Shown here piece by piece: positions 12,396 through 22,400 of a stretch of DNA of 44,800 bases; positions within the stretch are counted from its first letter, which is position 1, and each line of letters opens with the position of its first letter. The position numbers were made by a program, and so were the translations under genes. The stretch is from Coniocarpon cinnabarinum (lineage: Eukaryota). The DNA lies in NCBI GenBank assembly GCA_051942205.1, contig JAVECO010000184.1, positions 1-44,800 of the forward strand. The letters run 5' to 3'. The notes below the pieces were generated by a model, which saw only the letters and a program-made list of their open reading frames with translations, searched no databases and had not been told where the DNA came from.

Positions 12396-12975
12396 CTACC
12401 GATACCGGACCTTCTGGCCACCTCTCTTCTCCATCTTTTCTTGCCTCTTACTTTGCCCACCTCCACTATTCTTCTCCTCTCCGTCCTGGCCACCGCCCAA
12501 TCCCATTCCCCCTCTCGCCCTCATGAATATTGACCATCCCAGATACAACGAATAGGCCGGCACTGCAGCCCAGGCCCACCATGCCCAGTCTCCAAGCACG
12601 CTCACCAGTACCAGGCAAGCCCATGTCCAATACACGATATCCCACATCCACTCCGTGACGCCACCCTGGGCGAGATCCTCTCCCGCCTTCTGCACCTCTC
12701 CATTGGGCAAGTGTTTCGGCCTCGAATTCAGCTCGAAAACGGTTTCAATGCCCAGGGACGGGGCTGAGAGGAGGACATAGAGGAGTAAAGAGCGGCGCGT
12801 GACGGAGCGGAAGAGGAGTCGCAGGAGGAGGAATAAGATGTGCAGAGCCAAGGTGATGATGTGCGTCTGGTTGAGACGAGCTGCATTGCGGGTGGCGAGC
12901 GTTTTCAGCGCTTTCTAGTAATCTTCAGTAGAGATCGCGCAGGCACAGCGGAGGTTGTGCGCGCACCTGAGCCAT
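12396..12975 (-). CDS. SND2: SRP-independent targeting protein 2 / TMEM208 (DUF788)
   Basis: 9-nt first exon 12975-12967 (MAQ), 52-nt intron, exon 12914-12396 (KALKTLATRNAARL...GEDLAQGGVTEWMWDIVYWTW...SKRQEKMEKRGGQKVRYR). The C-terminal signature is characteristic of the family. Confidence 0.9.
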
Positions 12976-13005
12976 ATGGAGAATGGCAGTGGGGGAGCTT
13001 GCGGA

Positions 13006-13607
13006 GCCGCAGCTGGTCTGCAAATCGAGCACCCCGAGATAAGCTGGTCCTGTCTGCGAGTGTCGTTTGCGCCGTTCTGACAGAGTGTCTCGGAAAGCTG
13101 GCGGCGAGGTGCGAGATGCGGATAGGTGCGTGGGTACTTCACCTACCCAGGCAGAACGACACTGGTCAAAAAGCCGACCGCCGTGTGCCTGGGCGAGGGG
13201 GCGACGCTAAGGGCGGGAGCTCCCGGGCGCGCCGGAGATTGGCCAAGGGTTGTCTTTGTGTCTGGGTACCTGATTTGCCAGGTGCGGTGGCTGCACTCCA
13301 TTCCATCCACTGAGTATATTCACCGCTTCGAGCAACCATTGTGCGACCATCGGTGCTGCTATCTCCCTCTCAAACCGGCTCCGGAAGCCTCCATCAGTCG
13401 AGAGAATGTCGGAAGGGTGGAGGCCATGTCCAGGTGGGCTTCGTGCAGATGCGAACATGTCGTTCATCATCTGAGTGAGCCGCATCTGAGCATTGAATGG
13501 CGCGCGCACCGCACCACGCTCTGATCTGTCTGATCTGTCCCACAAGGCCATACGTCAAGTGAAGGAGGGCAGATCTCAAGCCCTTAGTGCAAACGGTGCG
13601 GTAGACA
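13006..13607 (+). ncRNA. Candidate structured non-coding RNA (unidentified), locus A
   Basis: Series of 7-13 bp stems with G-U pairs favouring the + strand (see findings); shares a motif with 34186-34236. Confidence 0.35.
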
Positions 13608-14070
13608 TGTACACAAATCTTTCCTAGCCCAGCAATGGTCTCTGTGCCCTTCCGACCCTGTTCCACTGTACGTGACTGTCCAGACAATCTTTGGCCTCCT
13701 CAAGTGATGGTGGGTAGCATTCTGCTTGTCGTTCCCCGATTGGTTTCCTTGGGTTGCCGAGAGGAGAGTCCTGCTCTCAATCAAGAAAGAGCCAGAGCTT
13801 TAGAGTGCTGCGCCAATGCACGATCAAGAAGACCTTATCGCAGCTTTCACGGTTCATAAGCCTTTGACCGCTCCCGCTCCCGCTCCCGTTTCCATCCACT
13901 CCTTTCTGTCCGCCCCAATAAACACCTCTACCGCCCAAGGCGAACACCCCCAGTACCTTGGCCTGCAGCTAGTTTAGGAAGGCACTGACAAGACCGAACA
14001 AAACTACTCCCACATACAATCGCCTCTTCTCTTCCCTTGCCATCACACCACGTTCCTGGCTGTCTTCGCC

Positions 14071-15578
14071 ATGCCTACTTCCGTTCCAAGCGCAACAGAA
14101 TCACTGAGGCCTTTAGAGTCCGCATGGCAAGTCTCCCCTCGCGGCCTCTTGCTCGTTGGTTACCTGATGGATTATCTGCTGACTGATTGGACCGCAGTAT
14201 CTCATTCCTGGCAATCACGCCCATCTTCTTCGCATTACGATGCTATTCCCGTTTCATGTACAAGCAAGCCAGGCCCGGCTGGGACGATCTTTTCGTTGTT
14301 GCATCTTTCTTGGCTTCGATTGCCATCTGCGTTCTCTCTCTAGGTACGTCAGCTGAATTACTGCCAAGCTGCAACTAATCGTGCTCCCAGTTATCGCACA
14401 TTTTGAGAAGCGATACAATCCCCAGGCCAATGATCAATATACACACAGTCATGAGCAGATTCACGACCAGCTCCAACCGATCCTCATCTGCATCTTCACC
14501 ACCGCCCATTTTCTCTACATGGGCTGCGCCGCACCAAAGCTCTCGCTCATCGCTCTGTACCTTCGAATCTTTCCAGGTCTAACTTTTAAGCGAGTCTGCA
14601 AAGTGACTGCGTCTGTCCTCATTATTGCCTGGTTTGGCTTCTCCATGGGCACTATCTTCTTCTGTCAACCCATTCATTTCTTTTGGGACAGACTCATACC
14701 AGGTCGATGTTTCGAGTGAGTCGGTAACCTGCCGTTTTTCTTTGAAAACAATCTGGCTGACGAAGACTCTCAGTGAGGACAGCTTCTTCCGTGCCTTGTA
14801 GGTGGTCTCTTGTCACATTTGGGCCATGTTAATCCCTTCGCTTGATTGCTAACAACAATTAAAGCAACATCTTCAACGTTGTCGAAGATGCGTTCGTCCT
14901 TATCCTCCCACTCAAAACAATCTCTACTCTGCAAATGCCAACGTCAAAGAAACTCGGAACTGCCTGCATATTCCTCCTGTCGGCAGTAGGAACTGGCATC
15001 TCGATTGCGAGGGCGGTCGTCTTCTTTCGCAACACCTCCGAAATCATTGAGCCGCGCCTCAGTGCTGCTGAACTCCCCCTAGTCGTCTCCGAACCTTGCG
15101 TCTACTGCATTGCCTGTTGTGCCGGAGGATGCGCGCCTTTGTTCAGAGCCTGGAAGAATGTTGCCATCGAGCAGTATCACTCCATCAAAAGCCGGTGAGT
15201 ACTCGCATCGTATCTCTGTTACCTTGACAAAAACGTCTGCTAGTGCTTCGGCCTACACTCGGCAGAAGAGCTTCGACCTCGTCACATCTATGCTTTGAAA
15301 ATCACAAATGAGCTCGCTGACCGCCTTCGACCAGGGATCGCAGTACCTCTCACCTAACCCATGACCGCCAACGCGTCTTGGATGATCATGCACACGCAGT
15401 TGGAGACCAGCGCCCCACCGCCATCGCCAGGATTACCAGGGCTATTTGTGGACGCAAACACCACGTCGAAATCGAGGACGAAGAGGAAATGGTAGTGTAT
15501 CCGCAAACGGACCCCAAAAAACAGCCAAAGTTGCACATTCAGCCTGTTCACGGCTACGCTGTTTTCCCGAAGTCCTGA
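14071..15578 (+). CDS. PTH11-like (rhodopsin-domain, non-CFEM) 7-TM integral membrane protein
   Basis: Exons 14071-14126, 14198-14343, 14391-14715, 14774-14797, 14865-15194, then either 15244-15298 or 15335-15578. Motifs ALRCYSR..GWDD, KLSLIALYLRIF, CQPIHFFWDR.IPGRC, NVVEDAFVLILPL..LQMP.SKK, SIAR, EP.V.CIACC. Confidence 0.82.
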
Positions 15579-16425
15579 GCGAGAGATAGGAACGACGAAA
15601 AATGCCAAATGATCAATGGGAGGCTGTTTAGGTGCTTCAACCATCAAAAGATGCAGCGAGCTCTTACCGAGCTTTGTTCAATGTGCCGATTTTATGAGGT
15701 AAGGAAGCGGAGGTCCATTATGAGATCATGACGAGATCTGTGAGTGCACTTTACGCAAAGAGACGATAGCATGATATATCTCGGCACAACGCCGATTGCT
15801 GAATATGTAGTATCTGAACCTGATGTCCATTTACATTGTGTTCTTCCTTATTGTGAAAGGCAAATTACCATTACCGCGGGCTATGGAAACGCCAGTCGTC
15901 GTCATGGTCAGCGTGTTACAAAATGCACCCCGATGCTTGCATTGTCATCTCGTGTTCAAGCTTCATAAGCTATCAAGCATCACCTTCAAGTCTTTGAGGC
16001 ATTCTTTTGCGCACGTGGACACGTCTGAGATACATGTATATACCTTATTTTCCGGGATAAGACCAACCCGCTCACAGTACAGTGCAATTGCGAGACGATA
16101 CAAGAGCATCTACGACGCTACGTGGCTTTGCTTAACCCTCGGCAATGGAGCCGGAGATATTCCTGCACCAAGCTCTCATCGTCAAAAGCACGCAGTGTAT
16201 TTGAGGCCTGCAATGCCGTCAAGCTCACAACGCCTGCTCCTGTTTCGCGTCATACAGGCAAAGACTAAGACGACAAAGAAGATCGATAAAGTCTTTCAAG
16301 ATCCATTGGATGCTCATTTCGCGATTCCAGAGCAACTCCAAGCGCCTTTATCAAAATCTGCTACGCGCCTTCTTCCCAGACTCCCTTCCATGCTCATTTG
16401 TACTTAAGCCTCGTCAAATGAAGCG

Positions 16426-19400
16426 CTATTTAACCGCATTCCACTCATACACCCAGCCCATCTCATCCCCCGCATACACCTTGCTTTCTCTGGCCAACAA
16501 CGCCGTAACAGCAGGTGTCTCTCCGCCCTTGATGAAGCGATCAGTCGGCAACCGATTCAATGGGTCCAACACCCACTTCCCCTCAGCCGTAATAATCAGT
16601 TCCCAGATCTTCACCACGCCGTGACTGTGGCCAGTGATGACGACTTCAGAGTCGAACCAGGCACTCGTGCTCTGCTGGTAAAAGGCAATAGCAGTTATGG
16701 TCTCGTCTACATCGCAGACGCGTTGATCAAGCAGGATGCGCCCGTTGATTGTGTAGAGGCGTACATTGGCGCCACAACTGACGAGGATGCGTCCGCTGCT
16801 GTCGCTAATCGTGACGGTGCCAAGGTGAGGTCCACCGTCTATGGAGCGGATGAACTCGAGTCGTCCAAGATCCCAAAGAATTACATTGCCGTCGTGAGAC
16901 GCCGACACAACAACGCTGAAAGCGCGAGAAACGGCGATGGTTTGTACGGCGGCGCGGTGGCCGAAGAGCGTTGAGATTAGGTGCAGCTCTACGGAGTCGC
17001 CGTTCGTGTGGACAGTCCATGCTGCGGCCGTGGTATCACCGCCTCCCGTTAGAAGCGTCGAGGAGTCGGCAAAGACAGCGGCGGTAATTGCACCATCGTG
17101 CAGTTGTTCACGCAGTCCAAGTTGCTTCTGGTGGTCTCCGTTCCAAACACGTAAACTGTGGTCGCGATAGCCGAAGTCGGCAATGAGGTCGTACGACGGC
17201 GGACAGTGGCATGTCGATGTTCCTGCCGCAACCAACTGACGGAAGAAGTACAGCGCTGAGACGCCTCCTCCAACGCGGTGCGTCGGTGACCGCAATCTCC
17301 CTAGATTGCGCATGCCCTCTCGCAGTTTGACGCTCCGTGACGAGCCTTGCTCCCGGCGGTCGTGGGGCCGTAAGAAAATCTGTCTCGGAGTCTGGCCGAA
17401 GTTGTGGATGATGCCAATGGTCGCGGCACGCTCGTGCTGGTCCTCAATGGTATCTAGATCCTTTGCGCCGGGATAGGAAAGATAATGGAACACGTTGGTA
17501 GCCTCCTGAGCAGCTTCGCCTCTCTGCTTGAAGCCAAATATCAAGTCGATCCAGGCATGGAGGTTCTGACTAACATAGGTCGACTCCAGCGCTTCTCTAT
17601 GCTTTGCAATGAAGATCTCTGGACTGCCCTTGGCCCAGGGTGGTAGCTTGACGTGATCCACGCTTTCGTGGTCGCCCTGTCTGTATCCAAAGCTGTATCG
17701 GTTCACGTTGACCAAGAAGTCAGGCAGGTAAAAGAACTCTGGGATAAGTTCACGGACGTCCGAGAGACCTTCGCGCGATGCCGAACGCCAATCTTGTTCA
17801 ATAGAATGAAACAGTCGATTCGCATGATCGAAACTGCCACCCTGGAGCAGAACATGAGACTGGGTGAAGGGCTGGAGACGGATAAGAAAACTTGTCACAA
17901 TCATTGCAGATGAGTAATGTGTGCCATAGTGGAAGGGCGGACTGTGCTCGTCCATTTCTGCCAGACTGCTGTATCGTTCCTTAAAGGATTCGGACCGCTC
18001 TATTGTCTGGCATCCCATGGGTTTCGAGAGATCACGGAATGATCGCGGATTCGACAGGTCAAGCTCTTCACTTGTGTAGTCAGCAAGAACCCAAGGGAAA
18101 ACAGGGTATTGCGTGAGATCGTTAAATGTTCGCCCAGCTTGAGAATTGATCCACATGAGGTAGTGGAAATTTGAGACTTCACCCTTGATCCATTTCTTGG
18201 TCATGGGATTAGCAACCATAGGACTGAGGATCGATGCCAGCTTCGAAGACCCCTCTGAGGGGTTCTTGAGGAGATCCTTTCGCCAAGCAGCTTCATTTTC
18301 GACCTGTGGCATTTCTTGTATTTTGCTGGCACTCTGGAGGATATCATTATACAAGGCGTTGCGGTGTGCCTCATCGCTGGTGATAAGCAAATAACTCCTG
18401 CCATCGATGAAGAAGACCTCAATAGCCACCGGCCTTGTCAAAAAGTGTCTTTTCGAGAAGCTGAGTATACTTGACCAAGGCCAATGTCTTGTGGGTTCAA
18501 ACTGTCTTTTCAACAGGCGTGACGATTCGACCTCGTGCCCAGAAAGGATTCGCGTATATTGATCTAGCTCTTCGGGAGGAGCTTCATCCACGTTCACGAC
18601 CTCGCCATCAGCTCGCTGAAACAAGCCATCCACAAGATATAGAGAAGATTTGCCAACGATTAAGAGCCCTTCATGGGCCTCCAAACCCACTATGCGAGCA
18701 ACATTGAACGCGTTCGTGACTTGCTCTCCTCTTTGTAAACTACGCATAACCTTCCGATTTTTGTCGTCTTCATCCTCATTCTTTTGGTCGACTACGAGCT
18801 CATAATTCTCGCTAGCAGCCTCTTCATTTCCCTGGCTCACTGAACTTTGTTTTTCTGTTACTGGTTCAGTCGCAGGAGCGTGCCCTGTCAATGAAGCTCG
18901 TGCACGGCCCATGTTGGAGATTTGTCGACCGCCAGATATGCTCTGCGTCTTTCGGCGAGTCGTTTTAGTGGTCTTGGGCTCATAGCCGATCTCTTCGGCG
19001 AGGTCCAGTGGAGACAGTCGTAGTCTCATACGGTCCCTGCCTTCACACTCCTCAAGCTGCCATTTCTGCTGCGTACCTTGGCGTGGTGCTAGACCCAAAC
19101 GCTCTAAAGGTGCTTTCAGCTTTTCCAAATTGAATCGCAAATACTCATGACTTTCATGCTGATCTTGTATGGATCTTGCATATTTGTAGCCTTCAGATCT
19201 TGCGATGTTCTCTGACCAATTTCTCGCCGCAATCTGGTGCTCTGTCCACATGTGCGAGGCAGTTAGATCGTCCAAGTGCCACTGCTCCACACGGCCTTTT
19301 CTTTTGGTGGACCGAGACTCTGCGGACGCTGCTGCTGCATGTTCTGCCTGAGCAACAAATGGCATCAAGACGGCATCTTTCGCATGCAGCGAAAGCGTTT

Positions 19401-22400
19401 GCACCTCACTCATGTGTTCAAACAACCAGCTTTGGAAGGGATCTTTTCCTGCCGAAACAGCCGATTGTAAATCATAAAGAAGTTCCACATGTTTTTCGGA
19501 GTCACTCCATACCGGGAATGTAAGTGTGTCGTCGATATTCATGTCCAATAATGTACTCAGTACGCGCCGCGCGTGCTCAGATTGTGCAACATCGGCTTCA
19601 GGGAGGAGCCTCAGAACGGCAAACAATAGAGGACCACAGAATTCATCTTGATCCCGCTGTGGAGAGGCAAGGATCGGGGTCCCGTCGAGCATCGATGCTA
19701 CGAGAGAGAGTCTCCTCAGTCCTTCAAAAGAGTCGGGGGCTTTGATGACGTGGAACAAGATTGTCCGGCCAAGTGTCGCCCTCATACTTCGTAGCGATGG
19801 ATTGCAAAGGCGAACATCCTTAATAGCCTGCACCTCAGGTCGTTCCCAGTACCTCAGAAAATCTAAATCAAACTTGATCAGATCTAAGGCACCGTAGACG
19901 AACCAACCCTCCATATACGCGTCAAAAGCGTGGAGAGAGTAGCGCACGACGTTCATGAGCGTTTTGGGATTATGAAATCGATCCGGACTAGACTTCAAAA
20001 TTTGCTCGAGATGGACCATCGTCTTGCAAATCAAGTAGGAGTTGACACTGGCTCGCAGACCGGATGAACTTGGTGGAGCTTTGTGAAATAAGCCAAGTCC
20101 AGTGAAGTCTTTCTGGTCTACGACTTGAGAGCACAACACTCGCAACAATAGATCAATGGCCACGATGAGGAAGTCGTCATGCTTTAAATGAGCTACGAGG
20201 TTTGTTTCATCCACAGGCATTCCTTCTGAATTGTTGGGCGATTCTGTTAAAGCTTGAATGCTTTCTTTGGTGGGCACCAGCACGAATGAGGACTGACGTC
20301 TCCTTCGACTTCGGTATCTGGAAGGGAGTCTTCTGAGTTCGTCCACGTCCTGTGCCGGTTCCATTTGCGGGCTTTTAGTCGCTTCTGAGTGCAGTGTTGA
20401 TTCCATGCTGTGTATATCTTTTACCACGGCTTCATCGCCAGGCGACAGTGTACTATTGACGCCCGTGACGCCGGCAAATATACAACGCATCATCTGCTGG
20501 ATGAATGTCGGCTGAGCACAGTACTGACTAAATGCTGGCACACTGATATACAGATTCTTCATGACCTTCATGACCTTTACAATTAGGTCGACACTCTGCA
20601 CACTATCGCTGTCTGTGTCGGAGGAGCTTCCAGCTAATCTTTCTTGGGATCCTTCGCGATACCTCTGTGTAGACGTCTGAGATGCTGACTTCGTACTACA
20701 CGCGACCTCAAATAGACCAACCATTACCGAGAAGATAGCTGGGCAATAAAGCGTATGATGCTTTTTCGTCATTATGGTATCGTAGACTCGTGACGATTCG
20801 AAATTACCATGTGCTAAAACGTGGAATGGATCGACTCCAAACAAAACCGCAAAGAGACACTCCCAGATAGACCTAACGAACCACCACCGTCTCAACTTCA
20901 TGGCAAGTATCTTAAAGTCGCTAGACGTCTCTTGAAACTTGGACACATATGATGGCCCTTGCAATACCAGCAACCGAGCAAGTATCTGCATTGTGGGGCC
21001 TACTATAGATTCATGCTCACAAGATAGAAGATAGAGCAACCACCTATTGGTGACTGTGCGGGCAAACTTTCTGAGATGGATTCCTCGTTTGTCTTCAAGC
21101 AGGACTTTTGCAAACGTATTGAGGACATTCAAGCCCACCTCGAACAGTGGCAGTCGATCATTTTGCGAGTCTTCATTTGGTCGAAGAACAGTGTTTGATG
21201 ACGGGTTGGTATACTGAATGGGAGACTGTTCATGTGAAGTAATATGCAGATGCTTAGGCGCATTACGTGCTGATGTACTAACGGCGAAAGTAATGTAAAG
21301 TGCAGTAGCGCGGAAGGCTTCAGAGGAAGGCAGATAAAGGAGAAGAGATTTGAGCGTCTCAAGCATAGGGTACAAGCCCTCGCGCTGAATTTGGTCGCTC
21401 TTCAGCGCATTCATAAGCCGCTTGACGAGCCCTACATCATGTTTAGCATCCTGTTGGATTGTGGTAGCGGTGGCTTTGAACTTACTCATGCGGCTGAGTC
21501 TCCTTATGTTGAACGCAGCATAGCCTGAACGGGCAATGAAGTCGACGTATTGCTGGTAGTAGAGACTTTGAGATGACCCTTCTGCCGTTCTCCATATGTC
21601 GGAATCAACAATCAAAGCACGGTATGCAAGCGGGTTTGAGATCACAGACAAAGCGGCATTTTGCGTATCGTGTCCAACGTGGTGAAGTATCAGTCGAAGG
21701 AGCTTAAGCCTGAAAGTGGCTTCGTGCCCTTCGTGTTCATTAACTTGAGCAAGACCCGACTGCGTGAGGACTTTTGATCGTATGAGCAAAGCCATGATCG
21801 GGAAACCTCCTTCACGTTCAAATGCTTCGCTGATCTTCCAGTTGTCCTTGACCAAGTCGAATATCAACTGGACAGATTGCAGAATACTCTCTTCTGACGA
21901 CGCCATCTCCAGTACTGTCATAGCAAAAGAGACACCACCGCAGATGCTCCAGATATGGTAACTGAACGGTTTTACACTGGTAAGACGGATCCCTCCAGAC
22001 GCTCTAATTAATGCTGCCTGTTTCTTATCTACTTGGTCGTTGCGCGAGTTTGCCAGGTCTGTAAAAACGGTTTGCATCATTTTCAGGCTAATCGATTGAG
22101 CACCGCCAGGCACGTCTAGATCTGTGTGATGGAAAAGATCTGCAGCTGCGATGAGGTTGAAGTAGAAGTTTTCTTCCGAGTTGATGCTTCTAGCTCGGCC
22201 CTTTAAGGCCTTGGCGATGACTGACTGCTCGTCCAGACTTTGATGAAGTCGTTCATTCATTATATTCAGTTCGGTAGACGTTTCGTAGGTCTGGAATGAG
22301 CCCAGGGAATCTTGAAATGTCCCTATGTAGTTAGGACCCAAACTCTTATAGACCATAACCAATTCCTCAGGGAGCGGTCGAGACACGAGCTGAAAGCTTG

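Noticed and set aside
13316..13339. ATATTC...AACCAT resembling snR30/U17 m1/m2 motifs (also at 34187-34210)
   Set aside because: Canonical m1 needs UAUUCC and m2 AAACCAU, followed 7 nt later by an ACA box at a 3'-terminal hairpin. Both loci mismatch and lack the ACA.
13394..13470. Minus-strand ATGATGA...CTGA pair (possible C/D snoRNA)
   Set aside because: Weak terminal stem and no rRNA-complementary guide that I can recognise.
13822..13831. GATCAAGAAG similar to the U1 snRNA stem-loop I loop
   Set aside because: No ATACTTACC 5' end and no Sm site nearby.
15823..16407. 194-aa ORF between the receptor gene and BPH1
   Set aside because: No recognisable motif; lies in convergent 3' regions and is probably spurious.
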